Below are positions 1 to 12,003 of a stretch of DNA of 64,000 nucleotides, piece after piece. Origin of the DNA: Paragordius varius. Taxonomy: Eukaryota > Animalia > Nematomorpha. The translations under genes were made by a program, and so were the position numbers. Position 1 is the stretch's first letter. Every line of letters starts with the position of its first letter. The stretch spans positions 9,176,001 through 9,240,000 of the forward strand of contig OZ176053.1 in assembly GCA_964247055.1 (NCBI GenBank), written 5' to 3'. The notes under the pieces were generated by a model. It did no database searches and had not been told where the DNA came from. It saw only the letters and a list, made by a program, of their open reading frames with translations.

Positions 1-1208
1 CGCATATAACACACAACGCTATTCAAACAGCTGCTGATTTGTTACCCCTAGATGTGGAAAATGTAGTTGTTAAGGTATATTCCTATTTTTATATACACGG
101 TACGCGTTGAAACGGTTAAGAAATTCTGTGCAACAGAAGTACAATATTAAAAAATGCTTGGATATTGTAAAACTCGTTGGTTTGCTCTTCTGCAAGCTAT
201 CGAAGGAATTTTAAAAAATGATCCTTTAAAATCCTATTTTTTATCACAGGACAAATGTCCTACAACTTTGGAAAAGTTTTTTGAAAGTGATTCTTTATAA
301 TATGGTTAGAATTTCTACATAATCAAGCTTCTCTCTTTCAAAATGTTATTAAATTGATAGAAGGTGACAAAACTTCATCAATCGAAGTAGCCAATGAAGT
401 TAGAACCTATAATTCCAATGTCAAGAAAGGTTATAAAATAATTTTATACCAGTAACCATCCGCAATATTACAATTAATTTAGAAAAACAAGGCTTAATAA
501 ATCGCCAAGATATCTTGTACCATTAAAAATGTTTTATACAAACTGTAAAGATTATTGGAAGACTAGACGGTGCAATTTAATGAAATTGATCATTTTCATT
601 TAATAACATTAATACCAGAATTTAATTGGTGCGATGTTCAAAAATCATTTCTGCATCTCCCAAAAATTCCCAAAAAGTAACCTTTCAGATATCTTTTTTC
701 TAAAATATCATTAGTTATAAAATATAACTTAAATTATGGACAACAGAAAAAAACACAGTTGAAAAGAAATGGTTAGAAATATTTCATCATTTTGAAACAA
801 ACTATACCATACAATATTTTAAAAATTGTAGTTGCATTATCTTTACGTGGAACCAAAGCTGCTACTGAGCGCGTTTTTTCCACAGTAAATCAGATGTGGA
901 CATCGGAAAAATCAAATTTAAATGTTGAAACTTTAAAGGCCGTGTTTTCTGTCAAATATAATTTGACAAATTCTTGTGAAGACTTCTACAATATTTTATA
1001 AAATGATGACAATCTGCTAAAACGCATTCACTCAAATATACCAAGGATTTAAATATTTTTTTATATATATAATGTATTTGTGTTAAAAATAAATAAATAC
1101 TACAATAATTTTTTTGTATAAAAATTTTTGGTTGTACACCCCACCCCATAACCCCCCCCCTTTCTCAGATTTGTCCCGCTTTTTCCTTCAAAAAATCTGG
1201 TCACCTTA
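1..1208 (+). mobile_element. 3' part of a degraded hAT DNA transposon (transposase relic plus right terminal inverted repeat)
   Basis: Frameshifted translation gives HNAIQTAADLLPLDVENVVVKVYSYF, LGYCKTRWFALL and the hAT C-terminal dimerisation segment ERVFSTVNQMWTSEKSNLNVETLKA (ORF 792-1001). It ends in AATCTGGTCACCTTA (to 1208), the reverse complement of a TAGGGTGACCAGAT-type hAT terminus. The left end lies outside the window. Confidence 0.85.
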
Positions 1209-1432
1209 ACTATGAACCAAAATAAAAATTATTGATTAATATTTTTGTTCCGTAAAAAGTTATGTGTAGAATAATATATTTAAATATGAAATAAAAAAAT
1301 ATTTAATTTTTTAAGGAGATGGACTATGCCCACAATAGGGGTGATTAGGGTGCATTGTATAAATAATCAGATTATTTCTATATTTATCATAAAACATTTA
1401 TATTAATGAAGTTTTAATTATATAAAATATAG

Positions 1433-4400
1433 AACGATACCGCCATAGACGAAAGCAAAACGCAAGATATTGAACTTTTGCAAATTGTCATGAATATTGT
1501 TGATAAAATTGCAGAATTAAAATCTACTATACGCCTCAATGAATGTAGTTGTGCACACGAGTTAAGTCAAAAATACCAACAGAGCAAAGAAAAGGTAATT
1601 TAAATTTTTCAGATCGGCCCTCCAAATAATTTTTTCAGCCTGCGAAAAATTTTATAAAATACCACGATTTTATGATAAAAAGAATGCTCTAAGTCTAAGC
1701 AAAATCGATAATTTTAATAAATATTTACGCCCTTCCAGTCTTGGAATGAAAGCAAAAAATTAAAAAAATAGGAGTTATATTGTTTTCGTAATTTCTATTA
1801 AAGTGTTATGTTTGATGAAAAATATTTATTAATGCCCATATAATTTGCAAATGCGGCTTATCGGGTTTTCTGAAGCAATACAACCCGCGCAGCCATTTGT
1901 GTGAGACCTCTGGTTTAAATATATGGAGGACATAATTCACTTTTAATTTAAACTTTTTTTTACTTTCTAAGATCAAATAAATTTCACTCTCAACTATTTA
2001 ATTTGTATATTTTTTTAATTTAATGGTTATTTTAATCTTTATATATATATATATATAAATATATATATGTCAAGGTGGTAAAACTTCTTACTGAACAACA
2101 ACATTTAATTAAAGAAGTTACGGATATAAAGGAGCAACTACAAAATACCCATTTGGGTAAGTAATTCTTTTTCGATTATTTACGGATTATGTAGACTATT
2201 ATAATCAATCAATTTTGTTAGCAAAAAATGCCATGTTTATTGAGAAATTTTAAAACCGGATTATTTCGAATTCTTAATAAAGCACAAATAAATTTAAATA
2301 TCCATCATAGAATGAAAAAAAGTACGCTAAGCGGTTATTAATACATTTATACCCATGTCTGTAACTCTTTATAAAAACCAATAAAACTTTTTTGTCACAA
2401 AATTATGGTATAAAACTTTATTTAGATGTAAAATAATTGAATTAAATTTGATCAAATTTGGATTGCTTTAGTTAGTGTAATATTAAAACATTAAAAATAT
2501 TTTGACAAGCTCATTTTATTTTTTTGGTGTAGTCACAAATTATATATTTTATCTATGGTAATGAGTGCTTAACCATAAATGACTGCATTTATATACCATT
2601 TTTCATGCAAAAACATCATTTTTTCAACCAAATGCAACATTTTTTCAACCAAACGCAACATTTTTTCAAGCAAACGCAACATTTTTTCAAGCAAAGACAT
2701 CATTTTTTCAAGCAAACGCAACATTTTTTCAAGCAAACGCAACATTTTTTCAAGCAAACGCAACATTTTTTTCATCCAAACGCAACATTTTTTCATCCAA
2801 ACGCAACATTTTTCCAACCAAAGACAACATTTTTTCAAGCAAAAACAACAATTTTTTAAAAATTAAAAACCATTTTTTTTATTTTAAGACATATTAAATT
2901 TAAAGTTAATGGAAATTAATTTTAGCGTAGAATTATGATTTTTATTATTTTATCATAAATATGTGATGGTATGATTGATTTTCAAACAAAATTTTGCCCA
3001 TAATTGCATTATTTATATTATTTTATTCTTTTACAACTTTAGTTTAACCTTATCAGTCCATACATTTTGCGCTTCAAAATTGTCCTTGAAAATTTAAAGT
3101 TGGTCCTAGAACACTTCAATTTGGTCCTTCAATATTTTAATTTTGATTCTAACTTTTATTAATCAAGCAATATTATATTCATCTATCCTATCATTAACCT
3201 ATTTTCTTTATTTCCTAAACTTTTAAGGGAATACCATTTCTTTCATAAGAACCGTATATCAATATTATTTTTTATAAAAAATTTAACATTATTAAACATC
3301 TAGGATTTGTGGGTTATTAATCGTAATATTTAGTTTAAAACATCAATAAGTTAATAATATTGATTTAAAGAAAATTAGTTCGAAGCAAATAAAGATGTTT
3401 TTACTATAAAAATATTATTTTTGATTCAAATACTAATAAATAAAGATATTAGTTTAAATTAAAAAAAATATATAATTACATACGAAAATAACGGTTGTTT
3501 GCAAAAAAATGAAAGAAACTTTAAACAAGACACTCTTAAAGCGCAAGTTGTATTTATTGATTTAGTGAAACTGTTGTAAAAGAAAAAATATAATATAAAT
3601 AATGCAATTATGGGCAAAATTTTGTTTGAAAATCAATCATACCATCACATATTTATGATAAAATAATAAAAATCATAATTCTACGCTAAAATTAATTTCC
3701 ATTAACTTTAAATTTAATATGTCTTAAAATAAAAAAAATGGTTTTTAATTTTTAAAAAATTGTTGTTTTTGCTTGAAAAAATGTTGTCTTTGGTTGAAAA
3801 AATGTTGCGTTTGGATGAAAAAATGTTGCGTTTGGATGAAAAAATGTTGCGTTTGCTTGAAAAAATGTTGCGTTTGCTTGAAAAAATGTTGCGTTTGCTT
3901 GAAAAAATGATGTCTTTGCTTGAAAAAATGTTGCGTTTGCTTGAAAAAATGTTGCGTTTGGTTGAAAAAATGTTGCATTTGGTTGAAAAAATGCTGTTTT
4001 TGCATGAAAAATGGTATAGCTATCAGACCCGTTATAGGCTTCGACCGGTCAAAAAACCTAACGTAATATGTAATTTTTAAAAAAATAGTTTTTATTTAAT
4101 GCATAAATTAAACAATTAATTACACCGATAAAATAACTCAGTAACCAAAAATTGAAACTCAGATGATATGTGTATTTTTCTAAAAGTAATCGTAGAATAG
4201 TGTGCTTATCAACACTGTTTGATTCGTTACAGCTATTTAACTTGTGATTGCAAGAGACTCTATTATCAACAACTTTATTTTATATTTTTATAATTCTATT
4301 TTTATTTTAGATTTAGACGGCCTGAAAACAAAGGTATAAAAATCCTAATTGATTAGTTTGAAAATGACACCAATCTTATGAATGACAAATTACAAATGAA

Positions 4401-4678
4401 GTACAAAGAAGAATTGCAAGAGCGTTTAAAGAATGCAGAATCCAAGTTGAACACTAAGGTTCATATTTTTCCATAAAGTTTAGCATAACAAGCAGAAAGA
4501 AAAATGGTTGAAAAAAACTCAAAACATCATTAAAATATATGAAAAGCGAGTAAACCAATTGCAGGTATCTATTATTGAGCTAATTGCAATATATTTTTAG
4601 AATTTAACATCTAGGTTGGTTCAAGAAAGAAAAATTTTATATCAAGAATTGGACAAGCAATACACGCAAATCGAATAA
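1433..4678 (+). CDS. 3' part of an uncharacterised coiled-coil protein gene (6 exons, 5' end not found)
   Basis: Exons 1433-1594, 2075-2156, 4311-4333, 4357-4458, 4484-4564 and 4601-4678 join in frame through GT-AG introns (480, 2154, 23, 25, 36 nt) into 175 aa rich in E/K/Q/L (…QEELQERLKNAESKLNTKHNKQKEKWLKK…TQIE*). No family recognised. Confidence 0.7.
2609..2857 (+). repeat. 21-bp minisatellite (AAACGCAACATTTTTTCAAGC), about 12 units, left arm
   Basis: Directly visible tandem units; they account for the QTQHFFK and EKMLRLL repeat ORFs in the track. Confidence 0.95.
3059..3553. mobile_element. Older degenerate MITE in the spacer of the foldback element
   Basis: Ends (CATACATTTTGCGCTTCAA… / …CACTCTTAAAGCGCAAGTTGTAT) and the sub-terminal AACACTTCAA.TTGGTCC motifs resemble the MITE at 15853-16400. 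Boundaries approximate. Confidence 0.6.
3753..4001 (-). repeat. 21-bp minisatellite, right arm (inverted copy)
   Basis: Reverse complement of 2609-2857 with the same order of unit variants. Confidence 0.95.
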
Positions 4679-6609
4679 ATCAAAATATGTTTATTACCTT
4701 GATCTCTATGTTAAAATCATGTCGATTATTTTTGTCCTATATAAAATAATAAATAGTATCATGAAATTACCAAACAATAAACAATATATAAGAAAAATGT
4801 TTTAATATGCCAAAAAATAATTACAATCCAACCTCGTTATGGCGGAATACGCCACCGCATAAAATTTTACAAAAAATCATATTTGTAACTATCTTGTTAT
4901 TGGTCGGCAATGCATAGATTTTTTGAGTGGAAAATAACACCAGAGCAAAAAAGTAATTTTCATTTTTAGATAAACATTAACATAAAAGATAAAACAACGG
5001 TAAGATTTTAAACTAAATGCGATGTAATCAAAAAGCAAAAATAATATTTATTTTTTAATTCCCAACTCTTTATATATTATTTTCACCGTAGTGCCTCCAA
5101 AAGGTTTGAATTTAGGTTCTTTGTTTTACAATCGTTAAAAAACCGTATTTTAAGTAATATTGTCTATCTTTTAAATTCAAAATGGAATAAATCGATATAT
5201 AATAATGGAATCCTAACCTATTCGTCTGGAACAGTTTTTATAAAAAAAATATTATGTTGAATCACCAGAACCTGTGACAAAAATGACTTGGAATCACAAA
5301 TGGTACCGCATAATTAATTATTTATGCTAATCAAATGGATAAGGCATGGAATTCAATTTATATTTTAAGCCTGAGCTTTTATAACTTTGGACCACTGTCA
5401 TTATTACCGTGATTGTAACTGCGATCGAATCAAATTATATACACCCATTTATTTATGTTCTTTAAATATTATCTAAAACCAAATCAAAGAATGAAAATTG
5501 TCACTTAAATTTTTAAAAAAATTTTAGATTAATACAGTAACGAGGGCTATCATTGGTCATTTCCGTATTATGAATGACTAAAAGGATATTTAATTTACAT
5601 GTCATTTAGCATTGATAAAAATTTCTTTTTTATTGGTAACATAAAAGATTGATAGTGCAAATACAGTTTGCTTTTAATGGTTCCTTATTTAACACTAAAA
5701 TTAGGCGATTTCCAACACACTAGTTTATGGAAAACAACGAAATGTTGAAAAAACATTTTCATTTATTATATTACTTTATTTATATATTGTTTTTTTCCAT
5801 AATTGTTGCGAATTGCCTAACAATATGTGAAATAAGGAACTATTAAAACGCATACAATAAAAAAATAAAAAAATGAGTTTGTTAGAAGTGAAATAGAAAA
5901 GTATTGATAAACCATATTAAAAAGCAAAAATAATATTTTTATATGAATATATTTTAAAAATTGTTATCAATTTTAACATACAAGCGTTGGGTAACACATG
6001 GTTGAAATTAAACATTTTTTTTCTATTTTTAACTAAATTTGTTAATTTAAAATGGGCAGTTAATCCTATACTCCGTAAACTGAATCAAAATTATAATTTA
6101 TTTATTTGTAAATATTTTTCATTGACAGAGAGTTTTTTAAGCTATCTCTGTCATTTTTGGTTGAATTCTCTCAACTCAAAATTATGTGTATAATTTCTGA
6201 TGACAATAGAGTTCATTTGACTCCTGGTGTAATTTTTAAATTGCCGCTTATCTTGTTTTATTAGATAGAAAAATCAGCAGGTTTTAGTAAGATTTTAACA
6301 ACAAATCAATTTATATAATAAACTGCTCTGAATGAATCCTATAATAACATGAATTTCATTGCGAATCTAGACATAGAGTTCTAGAACAGAGATATATATT
6401 TAAATTTTAACACCGATGATATATGGCCAGTATTAAATATATGCAATCTTTGCCTCTAGATACATTAACTTTTTCTCTTTCGTGTCCTAGTTTACATAAT
6501 GGGGTAGTTTTATATTCCAGACCTCAATTTTGTAAATAAACTACAGTTTTGTAAGATATTTTAGTTACAATTTAATCAAACATTGCTATCATGTATTAGA
6601 TAAATAAAA

Positions 6610-6730
6610 TTTTTATTTTTCATCTTCTAGAGTCTAAAAATGGCATAGCTCCAAAACACGAAACGAACTATTGATAAAATATATCAAATTTTTGCTGGTA
6701 TTGTAGCATAAAATTTTGAAGTTAATTATT
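6610..6730. repeat. Dispersed repeat, second copy near 41975-42110
   Basis: CTTCTAGAGTCTAAAA.TGG.A.AGCT.CAAAACACGA is shared, with further downstream similarity. Boundaries approximate. Confidence 0.6.
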
Positions 6731-7235
6731 ATTTACGTTTTCTAACCATAAAATTTATTCATTAGAATTTAGAAAAATTAATAAGAAAAAAGGGTGGCCA
6801 AAAAGTTTGAGATGAGATTTTTAGAATTTTTTTTTTATAAAATTATTCGACTTATTGAACATATTTTTAAATGCGGCTTTATAGTTTAAATACTTATTAA
6901 GATATTCATTCAAATTGCTATGGGAGGTAGAACTACCCCCAAAGGTAATAGAGCTTTAATATCAAACTTTATAGTTTTATATCCTTAACTATCAATGTTA
7001 TATAAGTGGAAACTTTTGATAATACTTCAATTTTTCCATGTTTTTTGAAATATTTGAATATCTACAGGGTTGAGTTCATCAATTAAATGTTAATAATCTC
7101 TGAGTCAACTATTTACAAGTATAATTATATTAGATATATTTGATCATGTATAAACTTTAAAATATGACTAAAAATTTTATAATTAAAATCAAAAGTAATC
7201 TTTAGTTGGAAGAAAAATATATTTGTTTTTGACAG

Positions 7236-10200
7236 TTGCTGCACTTATGTTTATTGCTACAGCCGTGGTTCTGCTGTTAGTGGTTCACCAGGTACAATTT
7301 TGTTGATTTTAGTCTGTTGAACACAAAGGATTTTTAGTATCTTTAAACAATCAGCATTTGTCAAATGATATAGACATAAATAACCACTCCTATAGTTTTT
7401 TTATTAAAGAATTCTACGGGGTATATTACATATAATTTTATAAGAATCAATGTCAAAATAGCAGCTTTCCAGTCCAGAAAAATGGACATTTTGAATTCAA
7501 ATTGTTTGATGGATGTGAACATGTATCGGCTGTAGCATTAAGCCAAAAATTTGGCGAATTACCTTTACACATATTACCTCTTTATTATGAAATCTCTAAT
7601 TATTATCCCAAATTTAAATTTTATATAATTACCCCTTTAAAACAGCCAACATTGAAAACTCAAATTTTTGGTTTTGTCTCCATATATCCTTCTCATGATG
7701 ATAATATTATACAAAGCTTTATTATTAATTTATACGAGGATAATAACTATCAGAGATCTCTTCAAAAACAAAATTTGATAAATGAGTTCTTTTATCTAGA
7801 AATGCCATTAGAATTTAAAGTATATACATTTTTAAATTCTAGGATATGGTTTTAAGTTTGGAACCCATGTATATTTTTGATACAAAAAAATTTGTTAAAC
7901 CTTCACTTATATATTACCATCTTTCAACCAACACTACGCATGTATACGTAGTGTTTCATTTAAATTTAAAGTTAACGCCAAAAATAGATATAGCATTGGA
8001 ATTACCCAAAAACAAATTGACAATCGGAAAATTATCATGCTTAGAGATAGGCCTTGTAATCTTTCATTGCTTTGCTTTGATTGTATTTCGTAAGTCTTTT
8101 TAATTTACATTGTTTAATCAAAAATATTTTTATTACAATACTTTAAATCAGGGGTGTTCAACACTTCACGGGCCGCATTTTCGGGTTAAAAGATCATATG
8201 GACCGTATTCGTAAAATGTATGTTATTAAATTTTAAATATCAGAGTGTAAAAACCTATTTATTTTAACATTTTTAGCTAGATCATTACCGAAATTTGGAA
8301 AAATTTATTCAGAGAGTTATTTTACAAAATTAATTTTACTTGGATTACCTAAAATTGTGTGATTGAAATTTCATATGGGTTCAGAAATATTTTGGGGGGC
8401 CACGTGTTGAACAGCCCTGCTTTGAGTCTTATGTAGAAAACAAAAATTTAATATGTAAGTGGATAATAGAAAGTGTAGGTAAATATTTCGATTACCTATT
8501 GATTAAAATTGATACATAGGTGGAATACATTAAATCAGAGCCATAAAATAATGATTACTAATCATTATAGATTTTTTTATTTTAAAATAAGGCCGTAGAT
8601 TTAAGTTATGATCATAAATATAAGTACACCTTTCTATATGTATTTAGGAGCCGTCATAATAAGCCAAAATTATGAAAAAGTTGATTTGTGATGATTTTTT
8701 ATAATCTATATATTTATAAAAATGGAAAATGGCTTTGTGATGTGTTTAACGGACCGGTAGACCCTGAACACAGTCGGCTCGCCTTTTCAATTTAAAAGGT
8801 AAAAATTTTAGTCCTGCGTTTTTTATAATGCCTGCTGGGTAAACAGATAGCCGCCAAAAACAGCCCTGTGAAATCGAAATAGCGAGTCTTTGGGGCTAAA
8901 TTTCAGAAAACCTATCAGGCCATATGACTTTAATAGCTGCTTAAAATATTAACCGTAAAAATGATTTAAGTAGAGTGGTTTTATTAAATTACCCCTTAAT
9001 TGGGCCTTTGCCCTGAAAAATGCGCCACCATAAATTGTCTTTTTCGTTTTGAGGCAATTTTTCAAAAATCCTACGAAAGCATATGGAATCAATCATGATT
9101 CCAGATATTACCCGAATTTCTGCCCCTGGTTAGGAAGCTACCGCATAAAACTGCGTCACCATATCGATACAGCATGCCTTTGGAGCCAAATTTCAAAAAA
9201 CCTATGAGGTTATGTAAGTTCAATAAGGGCCTAAATATTTTTAGCCCTTAAAAACAAATATTTTAGTATAGGGGGTTATTTTAACGAGTCGTTAAGTAAA
9301 GTTTTACGCCTTCAAATGCGCCGCCATAGAACAATTTTTTAGTTTTGAAGCAATATTTCCAAGAACTTATAGTAACATATGGAATCCATAATAATTCCAG
9401 ATATTCCCCATATAAAGGCAAAAATTTTGCCCAACACGTTTTTTATACCTGCCCCTGGGTAAGGAACTACCCACCAACTGCGCCACTATACTTGCGTTGT
9501 TTTGGAGCTATACAAGAAATTTATCAAGCCATATGAGCTCATTAAATTGGAATATTACCCGTAATTAGGCAAAAAGGTCCTACTCCATAAGGACAAATTA
9601 GACTCATTACAGTGAACAACTGCATCAAAGGTTATGCAGTGTATGTATACACTGTATGCAAAAAAGAGGGTCATTTTGATTTAACGAAAAAAAAAATTTA
9701 TGAGATAGCTTATGACCAGTGAATTCATTTGCCGCAAAAATTATTATTTGTTGACAACCTAGTTTTTGAAATATTGAGAGGAAATCGAAATCGGACAAAA
9801 AAGTGAAAATTTATGATAAGTAAGGATAATTCAAAAAATAATGATAAAATTATAGGTATTATGGTTTATTATTATTTCAGGATATATTTTTAATATATAA
9901 ATAGCCTAAAATCATATAGTTAGGGTTATTATATAATTTCAGCTCAAAAAATAACGTTTTTCTTTTAACACACTCACAAGACAAAGATTTTTTTAAAAAC
10001 TATATTAATATACTTTTGATTTTTACTAGCTAAACTCACTATTAAAATATTAACATTTATATTTTATTCAGTTAAAAAATATATCTAAATAAAACCAAAA
10101 AATTTGTTTTTTATTTTTACTTTTTTGTCATCTGGTTTGTGAGTGTATAAAAAATTTATACTGTTTTATTTAATCTAACATGAGTGCGATTAAGTATATA

Positions 10201-11071
10201 ATTTATGCAAAATTGGATTTTAAATTAGTAGAATATCAACCAACGATCCGTACAAATCACTATACAAATATTAATTTGGACTTGTTGCAGGGATTTGTAA
10301 TTGATGAATGTATATATATAAGGAATTTAAATGTGTTTAAGTCAAACCTCTTTAATCCATAAGGACAATATTTTACATGTCTTTTTTATTATTTATCCCC
10401 ATGTCAAATATAAAGCTTTTTTTGCACGTTTTACCCAATAATTGCTTATTTTTTTAATATTAAGAATATTGCTGAATTGTTAACATTGTTTAAATTTGGT
10501 GTGCTTGGGGCCTTTATACCCTTAAACCCGCTCAAAAGTATATTTTTGAGGCTATTTTTCTCAAAAATTATGAGATCATACGCGTATAAAGGCAATTTTT
10601 TTTAATTTTTAAAAATTAGGCGATGTAATTTAATAATTTTTATGTTTTAAACTTTATAAAATTATCAAGTATATAAAAATACATTGATAAAACTAAAAAT
10701 CATATTAATGCATTCATTTCATCGTTTAAAACTAATTATGAAATCGAAATACGTAAAAAAGGCCGCACATACTCATTTCTTAGATAGTTTTATTATATAT
10801 CCCTCAAATAGTTCATATACTATTCAACACTTTATTAAATATTTATTCGTGAACAGTTTTTGGGCAAGAGAGTTTACGAAGCCTATGGCGATACAACATT
10901 ATACCTGCACTTGAATATGTCATAACTAAAAGTATGACCTCTTTCTCAACCATATCGCCTGTTAATTCTCAAACTCATTTGATGAATGACATATCTAAAC
11001 GCAAAATAACTCCTCCGATTCAACGCAACAATGGTGGCTCGAAAAAGGGCGATCGTTGGTTATTTGGTTGA
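7236..11071 (+). CDS. Uncharacterised predicted two-pass membrane protein (partial model, start not found)
   Basis: Exons 7236-7291, 7313-7420, 7445-7819 and 7843-8089 are joined by 21-, 24- and 23-nt GT-AG introns; the last links track ORFs 7502-7855 and 7846-8103. Phase-compatible exons 10229-10309 and 10857-11071 would complete it (less certain). Hydrophobic segments: AALMFIATAVVLLLVV and IGLVIFHCFALIVF. Confidence 0.6.
8149..8419. mobile_element. hAT-derived MITE
   Basis: TIRs CAGGGGTGTTCAAC / GTTGAACAGCCCTG; flanks CTTTAAAT and CTTTGAGT (6/8 match, decayed 8-bp TSD). Confidence 0.85.
8700..9560. repeat. Repeat with about three diverged 300-330-bp tandem units
   Basis: Recurring TTTGG(G/A)GC…AAATTTCA.AAAACCTAT and CCTGGGTAAGGAACTACC motifs near 8830-8930, 9120-9220 and 9450-9540. 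Reverse-complement similarity to 55440-56790. Boundaries approximate. Confidence 0.65.
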
Positions 11072-12003
11072 ATATTTGGACAATAGGTGTGCGCATTTTT
11101 AACTCGATATATATATATATTTATTTGGAGTTGTGTACTATTCATTTAATCTCACAATCTTACGTGCAATATTGTATTGATGTACCAAAGGACCGTGCTA
11201 TATATCCTTTTAATTTCTGTTTATATTAAAGATAGTATTTTATTGTCCATTAAAATAAATATAATGTTCAATTTGAATAATATTTATTTGTTTAAATATA
11301 TACAGTTTAAATAGAAAATTTAGATAAAACCTAATTAAGAGACGAATGTTTTTTTAAATCAGAGCCATACAACCTTCATAACTAAAACAAACTATATAAC
11401 TACAATTGTAAAATATATAAGTTTTACTAATTGACATACTTGTTCCTTATTTTCGCCTTAAAGCAGTTATTTTTTTAAAAAAAATACAGTTTCAAATATA
11501 TTGCAGTCGTTTTTAATGTTTATTTTATGTGTCTAATTTTTGATTTTACTGATCAGAATATCATTAATTTTAATTATAAGAGTATTAGTAATTGTTTTTT
11601 GCTTTATAACTATAATGGATAATCTTATATTAGTTTAGCTATATATTGTTCTGATGCACACTTAACGACTTCTAAATGAAACGGTCCTTCTTTGGTTTTT
11701 CAATTTAATAGCCCATAACATGAACACTAAAAAAATCAATATGTATAAAAAGTAAAAGCAACTTAAATGAATTAAGCAAATATGTTTTTTTAAATTTTAT
11801 TATAAACTATATCTGCAATTTAATTTTCCATAGCTATATAGTAATCTAAATAATTATAAAACAACTCATATTAGTTTAATTTTTCGTATCTTTTTCTTTA
11901 TTATTAGCCTATGACAAATGCGTTTTAAAACCCTATATTTTGGACATTTTTACAAAAATATCTATATAAAAAATTTATTATATTTACATGTATCACATAG
12001 TTT

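Larger units (their letters stand above)
2592..4018. mobile_element. Foldback-type non-autonomous element with about 450-bp near-identical inverted arms
   Basis: 2592-~3040 is the reverse complement of ~3573-4018. Termini are TATACCATTTTTCATGC…GCATGAAAAATGGTATA (possible TA TSD). Each arm holds a 21-bp minisatellite. Lies in intron 2157-4310. Confidence 0.9.

Noticed and set aside
2609-2857. CRISPR-like appearance of the 21-bp and 14-bp arrays
   Set aside because: Units are contiguous with no unique spacers and no cas genes; the DNA is eukaryotic.
2569-4080. Heptad-repeat ORFs (QTQHFFK, EKMLRLL) in the ORF track
   Set aside because: They are translations of the 21-bp minisatellite, open in several frames on both strands.
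5220-5700. Possible upstream exons of the membrane-protein gene, or a separate minus-strand gene
   Set aside because: Several short open stretches, but no phase-consistent chain could be built on either strand.
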